A DNA stretch of 64,000 nucleotides from NCBI GenBank assembly GCA_905331295.1, contig CAJNYD010000550.1:112606-176605 (forward strand), read 5' to 3'. Below, piece by piece: positions 51,998 through 64,000 of the stretch. The DNA is from Rotaria socialis (lineage: Eukaryota). A program made the translations under genes and the position numbers. Under the pieces are notes generated by a model. The model was not told where the DNA came from, made no database searches, and worked only from the letters and a program-made list of their open reading frames with translations. The stretch's first letter is position 1, and every line of letters starts with the position of its first letter.

Positions 51998-54180
51998 ATG
52001 AGTATGACCTATGTCTGTCTATGCCTATTGTATATTCTAATCATCACTGCTCAAAGTAAGTCATGCTTATGAATTAATCGATCAATAAAATTTGCATCTA
52101 TAGAAGATGATTTATTGCTTAATGGATCGAAATTTCCATCGTCTATCTATGTACCAATTGATGAATCTTATTTATTGAAATGTAATTCAGAGAATATTGT
52201 CCATTGGAAATTGTATTTGAATAATGGAAGAATTGAGTTTGTAAATGATAAACTAATTCGTTTAGAAGAATTTAATAAAAACCGTGATGGATTTTATCAA
52301 TGTTACACAAATGATGAATCATCACAGCCACGTGGTGTTTTTATTTTTTCTAATGGTAATCTACAAAATATTTGACAGCTCCTTTCCTTTTATTATATGC
52401 TGCTAATTTTCATGATAAGTATTAGTTAAAGATATCGCGATCTTGCAATACAATGAAAGCATTACAGTTTCGACATACAAATCTTGTCCTTTTAATTTAA
52501 CGGGGTGGTTCGTTACCAAATCGATAGGATCATTTTCTTAACTATGAAACCAATAAAAAAAAACAACGTGGGCACCTGTAGATAGTTAACTATATGAGGT
52601 CTTCTCAATCGTGATAAAAGAAGTATTTATTTACAGGTGCACGCTCGATCGACCGTACTTGGACAAAATTAACAGAATTTCATGAAAATCTAGTAACTAG
52701 TTGTCGACCTAGTCATTTTAATTATGGCTTTAACGAACAATTCATTGAATTAATCGATACTAAACAGACCATTCGTTATAATCGTAGTGCTCTATTGATT
52801 AAACATATTCGAAGTACTACACATCTTTTTTGTAAATTATATATGGATACCACCTGTGTTGGTGTACGTGTACAAACATTAATTGGAAAAAGTTTTTTTT
52901 TTTATAGTACATACTTAATAGTTTTTACATATAGCATAATTATAGATCTTGATAGTCCACTTTTATCAGATGAATATTTAAAAACCAATGATTATATTTC
53001 AATGAATACAAATGAACGTGATACGCATCGTATCGCTTTTGAGGGTATGAAGAATTTAATTTATTCTATTGAAACTGTTAAAATGAATTATAGGTGATTC
53101 TGTCTATTTTCATTGCCCATCAAATGAGTCATCATCTATTCAATGGAATTTTCTTTCGGCTAATTATTACTCAATGATAACGCTTGCAGTCTTGTATGAT
53201 CAAGATACTAAAATTCAATCAGTAACTAGAGCTGACGCCGGACTCTATACATGTCAAACAGAGAACACTATTTATCAACGAATCGTATTAACAATTATTC
53301 GTGAGAATTTTAATTTCATTTTGAAAAAAAAATGTCATAGATTAAGCTTGAAGATCCTCCTAAACCGCCTGATAACATTTACGAGCGTACATATAATGCT
53401 AATTTGTATTCGAAATATCTGATTTGCTGTAATTTGGATGCTATTCCTTATCCAACCTATTCATGGTCAATGATTACTGAATTTCAAAATACATCTTTTG
53501 TTTGGTGTTCTAAACGTTGTTGTTGGTTACACATTATCTATAGGAGCTATCAAAATGTTATTTGTACATCAACTAATCAAATTGGAATGGCGAAATATAG
53601 CATCCATTTAAATGTGCAAGGTAAAACAATAGGAATCAACTTCTAATTCGAATTTTTCGTTCAAATCTTAGAGACTGATTCACATTCTACAATTGTTTAT
53701 GATGAAACAGAATTTCATACTGATACGAATAAATCTACAGTTATTAGAAACACAACAGAATATCAATCAATTGTAACTATGGAAGAAAAGTTAGTTTTTT
53801 AGATTAATACCTGTTACAAAAATTTTCGAACACCAGTCATTCTAAAAAATAGAAATTCTGTTTTGTTTTTGGTTTCTGCAACCACGCTGACGGAAAATCT
53901 GCAGTATAAATGACTAAATTTTGTTCAAGGAATTTTGCAGCAGTCATTATTTGAATTCTTTGGTTTATTTAAATATTTATTAGGACCCACATCTCCGAAG
54001 AGAAAACAACTATTACAGTTTGTATAATAGTATTAAATGTATAATTATCAAATTTTTTTTTAATAACAGATAAATGATAAAGCTGAAACAGCAACGGCTT
54101 TCTTAGACTATGTATTGTCTTCGTCCCATGATTCTGATATAAATACAACTGACAAAACTCTAAATAAAGTAATTCCATGA
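51998..54180 (+). CDS. Immunoglobulin-domain secreted/cell-surface protein, multi-exon; 3' end approximate
   Basis: Signal peptide MSMTYVCLCLLYILIITAQ; Ig motifs LKC...VHWK...DGFYQC, IQSVTRADAGLYTC and CNLDAIPYPTYSW...CTSTNQIG; Thr-rich tail exons. Confidence 0.75.
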
Positions 54181-54313
54181 GAATGAATAATTGTACGTAA
54201 AGTAGTTACATTGTGAATTTAATCAAAATATAGAAATTCTTTTTATATTGTTTTTACATTGATAGAGATGTTAATTATGAAACAAGAAGAAAAATCACTA
54301 AACTTGATGCTAT

Positions 54314-55297
54314 TCAATCCCAAACAGTTTTCTGTTGTGCTTGTTTACGATCTAATGATGATGTACGAGTCGGTTCAACGTCAACGAAACGTTTACGAAA
54401 TAAATATAAGAGTGCTAAATCATTCATTTTAAGTTCCTTTGGATTGATCAATTGATGGTCGGATTTATTTTTTGATATGATTTGTTCTGATGTGGTACGT
54501 GCAATAGGTTTTGAAGCGAACAAAGAATAATTAGAATATTTTTCTTGACGCTCAGTGCTTGATTGTGGATGACTCCATGCAGCATGAGAAACTTCTTTGT
54601 TCCGCTTGAAATTAGAATTTTCAAAGGTTTCCTGTGTTGTTGCGTTGAATTTCTCGGTAGTTGCACAAGGAATAATTGGAGGTAGTATGGGTGCATCATT
54701 TTCTTTACGAATAGCAGATTTTTCATCATGATCTGAAGAAGAATGTTGTTTAATTTCTTGTTGAATCGAATCGGATTCCTCGATAGTTGTAGAGGTTTTA
54801 ACTGGTGATGGTCCCGATGAAACTATTCGTTCGGTTATGACAGATTTTTCATTTGATTTCTGTTCGATTGAGGGAAGCGACTTTGTTGAATCTTGTTTCT
54901 CGTTTTCTAAATCGATAGATTGATTTTTGAATAAATATGGTAGATGAGGAGAAGACTCGATTTTATCGTTTGTTGGAGTGTGGTTGGTTTTTAAAGACGA
55001 ATTTTCTATTGGTGGCAATACTAGATTTTCATTGACTATTAACGATGATTTCTGTTGATCAATGTATCTTACAGGTGAATTAGAAGATTTCTTCGTTGGA
55101 GATATTGTTCGTTTACTTGATTGACGATCGAGTGATTGCGTTTTTGTTGGAAAATAATGATTTAATCTTGTTTCTGATTCATCATTCAACGATTTTCTAT
55201 CTAAAACTCTTCTATTATGTATACGACGTCGTCTGTTTAAACGCTGCGCTAATGTTTCGTCTTGATAACCACCATTCAATATTTTCCTATTCAACAT
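54314..55297 (-). CDS. Uncharacterised, largely disordered S/K/E-rich protein (327 aa)
   Basis: Uninterrupted 984-nt ORF in AT-rich DNA with protein-like composition; no recognisable domain. Confidence 0.65.
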   Translation of the reverse strand: MLNRKILNGGYQDETLAQRLNRRRRIHNRRVLDRKSLNDESETRLNHYFPTKTQSLDRQSSKRTISPTKKSSNSPVRYIDQQKSSLIVNENLVLPPIENSSLKTNHTPTNDKIESSPHLPYLFKNQSIDLENEKQDSTKSLPSIEQKSNEKSVITERIVSSGPSPVKTSTTIEESDSIQQEIKQHSSSDHDEKSAIRKENDAPILPPIIPCATTEKFNATTQETFENSNFKRNKEVSHAAWSHPQSSTERQEKYSNYSLFASKPIARTTSEQIISKNKSDHQLINPKELKMNDLALLYLFRKRFVDVEPTRTSSLDRKQAQQKTVWD

Positions 55298-56549
55298 AAT
55301 TTTATGAAAATATCTTTGAAAGAAAAGTTACTTGATTTTTGTTATCAATTCTGTTTTTATGACTTGTAAAAAGTATGAAGAAAAAAAAACGTTTATTTCT
55401 TAATGACAATTAAATATATTTCACGGCAACAATTTCCCATCGTTTCTATGACGAACTTATTCTTCCTTTTCTACTTTTGAGAAGTCTTAAGTTTATTCTT
55501 CATAGAAGCAAAATAGCATCAATCACTTTTTCATCGAAATAAATACATGAATTCAACGGTCTCAAACTGAACTAGAAGATTGCATAAATAAAAAGATGAT
55601 GCGTGAATTCGTTCAATTGTGTGCACGATGATGAGATGAAATATAAAATGGAGCCAACATTATATTGAATGAATGCACCCATACAAGTTTCTTTTTACTT
55701 CTTCATCGGTAGACAGTCAACTGTTCCTCGCATGATGATAATTGAACTATAGGAGAATCTATACTAAACAAAAAAAAATGTACTTTGAATACTATTTTCT
55801 GTTTTATTATGAAATCAAAGAAGTTTGCGATGATATTATTTATACGAAAGGTATTATATATCATTAACTTTAATCTTTTGTTGATTTAAATGCAGAAATA
55901 ATCAAAAATCAACAAGAAATGTTGAAAAAAAATCTATTATTTATTCAAGATTCAAATCAAATAGAACTTTACAAAATTTTAACGTGTCATTGGCAAAATG
56001 CAAACGGATATAAATAACGTCAACTTCGAACGGTAAGAAAGAAGGATGGTGAAAAGAACCTTTCACGCTTTTTAAAAAAAAACTATACGAAGACTTTAAA
56101 AATCATTCATTCGAAATAGCCTTCATAAGAATATATATATATATATATAATACGTTCGAAAGGATACTATTATTGCATTCAGTGACAATATAAATGTAGG
56201 GATGCTTTAGAACAATTTCACTTTTTTTTCTTTCTCTTTCAGACTAATGAAATTATTGAGAATAACCAACACTTGTTGGCACAAGGTAACACATTCTCTA
56301 TCGTAGAATCAACGAGTCAGATATATCCTTGAGCTGACGAGTGATCACACATACATCTATAGTGAACATGCGAGAAGAATGCGAGTCTATTAGACACGGA
56401 GGGTAATGTTTATTCTAATATAAACGTTGTAATTTTCTTTTGCTTATGTAATTCTTGAGTCGTGCATATGGAATATATGTATATGATTTTCATCGCAATC
56501 TACATCTCATTTCTAGATATAGACATTAATCGATGTCTGATCATTTCAC

Positions 56550-57236
56550 ATGTCATTAACATATCTTTTTATTCAGTTTGTAATGTTTTCGACCTATATT
56601 ATTTGTTTCGCAAATCGTCGTCATCATCGGCAACATTTAGAAATCTATTGGAATTCGTCAAATGTAATTTTTCATTCATCCGGTTTTTTCACTGTTTATC
56701 TAGGAGATTCAATTGATTTTATTTGCCCCTATTATGAAAATGAATATGCTAGTGTTGATATTGAATATAATACACTTTATCTTGTGAATGAAAATGATTA
56801 TTATAATTGTAATACAATAAATTATAGTTCATTAATAAAATGTAATAAACCATTTGATATGCAACGATTAATTTATACATTATCAATATCAAAATATTTG
56901 CCTTATCCGAACTTACCGGAATTTACCGAAGGACATTTTTATTATTTTATTTCGACATCATCCGGTCAATTATCTGGTATTGATCAACGTGATGATGGTT
57001 TATGTCATAGGAAAAATATGAAATTGATCATTAATGTACAAAAATATTATCGACACTATCATCAAGAACATCGACGTTTAACAAAACCTACAGTAGCGAA
57101 ACGAACAAATATAACTTTTATCGATTCAGATCAACAATATCTTTTTCTCTCATCATTATCTTCAAGTACTAGTCAAAATTTTTATTTGACTTTTCTGTTA
57201 TTTGCGTTTTGTTTACGGGCTAAATCGAAAACTTAA
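56550..57236 (+). CDS. Efn: Ephrin, intronless CDS with a hydrophobic C-terminus (probably GPI-type)
   Basis: IYWNSSN, GDSIDFICP, LYLVNENDYYNC, CNKP, EFTEGHFYYFISTS and GLC...NMKLIINV form the ephrin receptor-binding domain. Confidence 0.93.
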   Translation: MSLTYLFIQFVMFSTYIICFANRRHHRQHLEIYWNSSNVIFHSSGFFTVYLGDSIDFICPYYENEYASVDIEYNTLYLVNENDYYNCNTINYSSLIKCNKPFDMQRLIYTLSISKYLPYPNLPEFTEGHFYYFISTSSGQLSGIDQRDDGLCHRKNMKLIINVQKYYRHYHQEHRRLTKPTVAKRTNITFIDSDQQYLFLSSLSSSTSQNFYLTFLLFAFCLRAKSKT

Positions 57237-57431
57237 TTAATTGTTTGCGTTTGTGTGTTTTATATTTTCTACTTTAATAGTATTGTAATATGATCTAATG
57301 AAATATTTTTCAATAGACAACTGTTGAGAAGAAATACGAAAGAAAAAAAAACGAATCTCAGTTGGTTTGTCTATGCCTGTTTATCTTTATTTTCATTCAC
57401 CTCCTTCCTCCTAGTTCAAAAACAATTCATC

Positions 57432-59823
57432 ATGAATTTCTCGTCATTAATAATCATCGTCTTGTTTGTTATCTATTGTACAATCATTAGAATATCATCA
57501 GATGCAATATTTTTTCACACACAAACTCGTTCAACACAACTTATCAATAGAATGTTATTTGGTTCGACAACTGAATGCAGTATTCGTATAGGTGGTAAAC
57601 AATTTACATCAAAATTTTATAAAATGATAACATGTCGTTTTGTTGAAAATCTTGCAAATATATATCCCTATCTATTAAAATATTCTCATGACATAACCGC
57701 GCTTGAAATAACAGATTCGACTATTAAAAATTGGAATATAAATCAACATGCAAAAGTATTTCGTAAATTTGAATTTTTAATATTTCATCGAACAACGATT
57801 ATTAGTAAAAGCGTATGTCCATTTGATTCTCTAGCGTCGAATTTGTTTTATTTACATTTTACACATTTTTCACCGAGTTTAGAAAAGTTTTTTTCTAATC
57901 AATCATGTTCAATTATGAAACGTTTACGTGTTCTTATACTTGATCATGCTGATTTAGGCAATGAAAATCTTTTAGCAGATAAATTTCCAAATTTACATAT
58001 CTTACGATTAAATTTTTCTTCCTTCGATAATCCATTGAACTATTCTTATGTTCGTTCGTTTCCGTACTTACAAGATTTTTTCTTAAAAGTTAATGATGAT
58101 TGCCATCGATGTGAATATGAATGGCTAAAATATGCAGCACGAGATGGGAATTACGTGTTTTTTCGAATTAGTCCCAATTCAGGCTGTATGGATTGGAATA
58201 GAGGCGGCAGTTTTCTTAAATGGCAGCATGCACCACTCTGCGGTATCTGTTCATTACCATTAATCATTGATAAAATGCAAACAAATGGCATGTGTAAAAT
58301 TGAAGATGGAATAACAGAGCACTACTGTAAAGCTTATTATGGACGACAAAGTATATTTCAACCTTGGACAAATATATTTGAAAAGAAAACTACACAAAAC
58401 TTGCCATTACCTCCGACGATGAGGCCAAGAAAAGAATTTATGAAACCAAAATATACAAAATCGATTATTAAACAACATAAAAGAGACATAACTAGTAGTG
58501 TACGTAGATTTGCAACCTTGTGAAAATTAATTTCGTTAGAAAACTTAGACGAACAATAGTTTCAAACAGAATATAAAGTGAGAAGATGTTTTGTTTGTTG
58601 TTGATAAATTATGGCACGTTAGAAAGATCATTTTAGTCTTCTTCTTTTTTTTTTTTATCTCAATGGGAATCTAACTCTTAGGCTATATACTGGAAATATC
58701 TCATTTAATGATCATTTTCTGTTCCCTTATTACCGATAGAGATATTTCTATATTTTTTGGTGTATCTTCAAAACACCGTTTAAAATTTATATGAAAAATA
58801 AAATGCAGCAAGACCTTTCTGATACTTCCGACAGCAAGCATGAATCATTGGCGGCTTATAAAAAATAGTATCGCAGCTTCTGTTTTGTATGATAATAATG
58901 TTTGTTTGTAGGTACCAACGACTACTCGATCAATGATCATGAATAATGACTCAAACATAATTTCTCCGCCGCCTATAACGAATACAACAACATCTCAAAC
59001 ATCAACAATATCACTTTGGCAATCTCGTATTGTTGTAACACGTAAACCAACTGATTTATTCAATCGATCCTATTGCAATCCTATCAATACTAGTTTATAT
59101 CAACCGAAAGTTCGCTCGAATCTTCCACCATTGACCGAACAATTATATAATCTTTCTCAACAATATGCACCGAATTGCTCAAATATTCAATGTAATATTA
59201 TTCATTCCGATTATCTCGGTCCACTGTGTTTAAAAACAGGTATAACATATGCGAATATGTGCGAAGTACTACTCGCATTGTGCACGAAACAGCTTGATCC
59301 TTACAATCTACGAATTGATTATTTCGGTTCGTGTGTAACAAATTGTTCATTAGTATCACGTTGCTACTCGAATAATGAAATATGCATCATGACTCCTAAG
59401 CCTCATTGCATACTTCGCCAAAGAAACTGTACTGGTTTTTCGCCTGTATGCGATACATATGGTAAAACATTTGTTAATCGATGTCATTTATCGGATTCTC
59501 TAGTATTTAATCAGCCAAGACAAATAGCGTATCGTGGACCATGCCGATTAAATCGACAGTGTACGAAAGATTTATGTCAGCCGAATGAAATATGTGTACA
59601 AACAATCGATAAATATCATCATCCTGTTTGTATGAATTGTAGTTCAAATAAACCGTTGAAATTATGTCCATTTGAATTATTTTGTGGCAATAATAAAAGA
59701 CAATATATTAATCGTTGTCAATTACATTATGAACGTTGTCAAACGAAAACATATATTCAAATTGAATACTATGGTCTTTGCCGTACTCAAGAGCTCGATG
59801 ATGAATATGACAATGGAAATTAA
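57432..59823 (+). CDS. Secreted LRR-like plus Kazal/follistatin-repeat protein, 2 exons (57432-58499, 58912-59823)
   Basis: Signal peptide, LxxLxL repeats and an LRRCT-like CHRCEYEWL. A phase-0 intron (GTACGT...TTGTAG) joins in frame to Kazal motifs PLC...TYANMC...YFGSC, PVCDTYGKTFVNRC...YRGPC and FCGNNKRQYINRC...YYGLC. Confidence 0.8.
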
Positions 59824-62800
59824 GATTTTTTTTTCAAATTAGCTTTTGTAGTTATGTACCGTTATCTTTCGCTTGTGGTTTATATATAATAAAATAATAA
59901 ATCTGATTAGTTTGAATATTTCCTACTCGTGTAATTCGCGTTGGCGATTCTATAGATTTTGTGCAAGACATAAACCATTTACTTTTAGCATATAAAGTGT
60001 TAGTTATTTCGATGTCGATCCGATTCATTTTACTGTTCACGTAGGATATCTTAGGTTAGTATTCGAATATCTTGTGAATGGATTTACTACAGTCAACACT
60101 TCAACATAGACCATCTGCGCTCCGATTAGATTTAGAGTCCTCGTCTGATTTGTTCCGATCATATGAAATCGTTCTCTCAGAAAGGTGCTAATTAGTCCAA
60201 TATTTCTGAATTATTTATTGTAGCATTGTCTTGTTTATCTCTCTCTCTCTCTCTCCTAGTTCAGCAATCGATTGCAGATACATGAAGAATGAATGACTGA
60301 TTTATTGCTTCGATCAAATTTACTCATTCAATGAACCCAAACGTTGCCCGCCCTCTTTCTTGCCATTCATTCAAAAATTTCTCTTCTTTTTTTGTCGCTC
60401 GTTTATTACATTGCACCATCTTTTTTTTCAGTCATTATTTTGCATATATACGTTCCTTGTTAAAGTACTGAGTTCAGGGTATCCAATCTGCCTAACAGAA
60501 TGCGTTGAACTCAGTCCGTGCACTAGCGAGTAATTAGGAATTTTTTTCGATGACTGGACCCTCAATCTGGACTATTGAGGCGTCTGTTTGATAGAGCTCA
60601 CGTACGTCTTCTTGGAGCACAGGTGATCTTAGTTGGAGTGCTTGTTTGTAGTGAATATATTCGCAAAATACTCTAGCATCGACTTAGATTATCCTGCGTT
60701 CATGTAATTGAATTTCGATAGACTTTTGCGATACATTTTTTTTGTTTTGCTTCTGTTATTGGTCTACTCAAGTGCAACCAAAACTAAAATGTACCACATT
60801 TAAGTGGACATCAATTAGTGCGTCACAGAGTCTCTCAAGAACATATGTCGCAGTTTGAATGGTCCCTTAATGTCTTCTCAATTAATTCTTTATTAAATAT
60901 CACGAAAGATGGATTTAAGATCCATAGTGAACAGTTTTGAAATTATCTGTTGGAAATTAGATGAGCATCAAAATCTGATTGTCTGAAATTTTAAGAATGT
61001 TATGATCGGTGCCAATCAAAGTGAAATATAGTAGCTTCAGAATGTGCTGTACTTTGTGTCGCAAAGTACGATACATGCGACACATTTTAACTAAGTGCGT
61101 GTATGTCTAACCAAGCAAGAAAAAGAAACGAAAATAAATATTGCACCAATCTCAAAACGTTAGAATCCTTCAAAAGCCTAGAGAATATCTACGAAATATA
61201 GACAATTTCATGTATTAACAAATATTTCAATAATGCCTTCTTTGTGAAATTAATGTAGATGCTCTATGGTCATATACATTTATATTGATAATGTGTATAT
61301 GCATAGAGCAATAGTGGAAAATAGAGTGAATTCAATCAAGGTTTAGTGCTCTTACTTGCTCATTTCACTGGCAGTTTACTGAGCAAATGAAGCAGCATAA
61401 TTTCTCTTCTTTCTCTCATTGTTACTTGAAATGGTGAGTTGTCTAGCGTTTTTTTCTGTTCTGAAAATTTATATTTCTGTTATTTTGCTTCTGGATTTTT
61501 GTCGTGTAGATCGCTCTCTACCATGATTCTTTCTTTTTTTCTTCTCCTATCGATAAATTATTTGAGAGTTCTTCAACTTTGTTTCCACAGGTAGCATGCA
61601 TTTTTTTGTCTTTTCAATTCTCTTCTGGTAAAGAATGAACATGGTAAGTTAAAAGCAAGAAAATCACAATTTCTTTTTCTTTCTCTATTTGACTCCTCTC
61701 TGAGCTCTATTATTTCGAATACGACAACTGAATATGTATAGAATCGATCAACTCATTATATAAAGGAAATACTAATATTTGGTAATGGTAATTGGTAGGT
61801 AAATATCATCGCCACAATAAAAAGCAAAGTTTTCAACTAGAAGACATTTTTCGTTATGTACACTGATTTTTTTCAACCGTACAAAATTTTGTAAATTTTA
61901 AAGCAAATCAAAATAAGCACGTGGCAAATATAACATTTGACAGTGTAAGCATGAAAATCTTTTTCTTTTTCATTCTCTATACTATGGCAATCATTCTAAT
62001 AAACATAGTCGGTATACATTGAAGCTGAAGATCTATCAATTTTTTTTTGATTATGCGTATTTTATTCGTGACATCCATATATATATTTTTTTTTTTTCGT
62101 TTTTTATACAATTTTTGCGGACGCTTACGAAAATAGGCACAAGAAACAGCGAAAGAATCACATGGAAGAGAAAACGAATAGAATATAATCGAAATCGAAA
62201 CAGTGGTGACGCAATTGGCGTGCATTGCTGTTCTCCCTTTTTGTTTATTCTTCCGATACCGTATATCTTGTAAACGATGACACCGTGCCGGTGCAAGGAA
62301 TCAAACCTTCTGATATCTAACTTAGACACATAGAACCCCTACGTCATCCCCGACAGAAGATCTATCAATGAGTAGCGTATAGCACAATGCATTCTTATTG
62401 ATTGCTCACTGTGGGAAGTCATATAGTTACTTCAAATGATTTAGGTACGAAGGGTAAGGTTCATAAAGATAGTGACGCGCCAGTTAACGACACATAGACA
62501 TTGATGGGTTTTTTTTATGATCGATAGATGTAATTTTATTTTATAGTAGTCTACCGTAATGAAAGATTGACTTTGATTTAGCTACATTAGAAGACGAGAG
62601 TATTGTCATTTCTGTATATTTTCATCTATTCATCTTCAAGGGAAAAGAATAGATACTAACTTTTATCGTTTAATTAAAACATAGAGTTAGAATAAAGTAA
62701 TATTACATAGAGAACGAGTAAATAGTTATAAAACATTACAACATAGGAAGAGCATAGAATAAAATTCGATTGTTTCTTTTTCTTTTTTAGATACTTCGCA

Positions 62801-64000
62801 ATAAACTTGTTCGTATTGTATACTGAAATATCCTGGTATTCCTTATTTAATAAAAATTCTTCAAGTAAGTAGAACACAGACAACATAATACTCATTGCCA
62901 AATCAAATCTGTTTCGTCTCAAAATTGACTTTTTTTTGTTTTTAATATACTCAAGTAAAACATCAAAACGTTCGATCTCACTCCAGCTGCATCCAGCTGA
63001 GGCAAACTGTGATATTATTGATTACTCCATGAGTATCTTTACTTTTCTTATATATCCAAGGACATCCCGACTTTCCGGTATCGAATCATTTATAGTAATA
63101 CGATATGATTTTGTTTGCTACTGTTTGATAGCATCAGTTCACGTTAGAATACGAGCAATGCAGCTATGTTTTTAAAGCTTCACAAACCGCGACTAATGCA
63201 TCGAACTCAATCTCTTAGACAATGGTGTGTATTAGTCTAGTATAATTGTTACAAATTGAGTTCTATAGTGTAGTGACATTTTTTACAACGTCAAACAACA
63301 ATAGAATAATACAAATACTCTGCTGTTTTAATAATGCAAAAATATCGAGTCAGTCGAACTTTATTAAGATGCGGGGAGACCGTATTATTGTAACTGTAAT
63401 TGTTTCGTGACCTCTTACTGCTCGGCGATTTGAAAGAGAGTAAAGTTGAACCTGAGACGAGGCTCATTTAATTGCTTGACACATTCCGTTCTTTCTTTCT
63501 ATGCAAACAACTACGTAGCATACCCTGTGGTATTTTTTGTAGAAAAAAAAGCAGTTTGTAATGAATACAATTCGAAGAAAGAAATTTATAACGAAGCAAA
63601 TCGTCTAGTATATTACATTACACTTTACGCAAACCTAAAAATCAAAATCATATTTTTATTGTATGATGATCAGTTTGATAATTAATGCATTGAATGTGCA
63701 AACCTAAAGACGAAGAATATCTAAAGAAGCAAAGGAAATGAGTGTACTTTTTAATTAAATATTCAATTCAGATTACATTGTAATGGTCCGCCATAAGTCC
63801 TCGCATATGGTTATTTTCATACTAATCCTCAATAGGTTTTTTTTCTCGATGGTTGTATCGAATTTATGCTCTTCAAGCATCTAATTCATATAGATAAAAG
63901 AATATATACACCACTTGCGATTATTTAATCCTATTTTGAGTGTTTACGGGATTTTATAGAAACAGGATACGTCAAAACGCCATCGTAAAAACATTCGATC

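Noticed and set aside
56330..56390. CTGACGAG followed by a stem, resembling a hammerhead ribozyme core
   Set aside because: No correctly placed GAAA or stems I/III.
62280..62340. tRNA-like B-box (GGTTTGATTCC) on the minus strand, with a similar fragment near 1860-1895
   Set aside because: No cloverleaf or A-box could be built; at most a degenerate SINE or tRNA relic.

Overview
This is AT-rich eukaryotic genomic DNA with many short (about 50-70 nt) GT-AG introns, microsatellites and one 669-nt N gap. Gene content and style suggest a bdelloid rotifer (inference, not proven). Genes in order: 3' half of liprin-alpha; an F-box/LRR-like gene; a protocadherin-like gene; a decayed, intron-bearing, bacterial-looking TIM-barrel glycoside hydrolase; a 5-TM protein; a Q/P/H-rich ZMIZ-like protein lacking the MIZ finger; a Tctex-1 dynein light chain; four ependymin-related paralogs, split by an island of non-autonomous DNA transposons (mostly CCCAGG/CCCATG ends, 2-bp TSDs); PSMG3 and COX16; a PGK pseudogene; LEXM/CIMAP2; TMEM45; an Ig-domain gene; an unknown ORF; ephrin; and a secreted LRR-like plus Kazal protein. 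The most striking observation is the PSMG3-COX16 pair. The PSMG3 stop overlaps the COX16 start (ATGA), the spliced 369-nt PSMG3 CDS has no internal ATG in any frame, and a short out-of-frame uORF straddles the PSMG3 start. Together these suggest a bicistronic animal mRNA. Family assignments come from recalled motifs, not database searches, and exon boundaries were read by eye.
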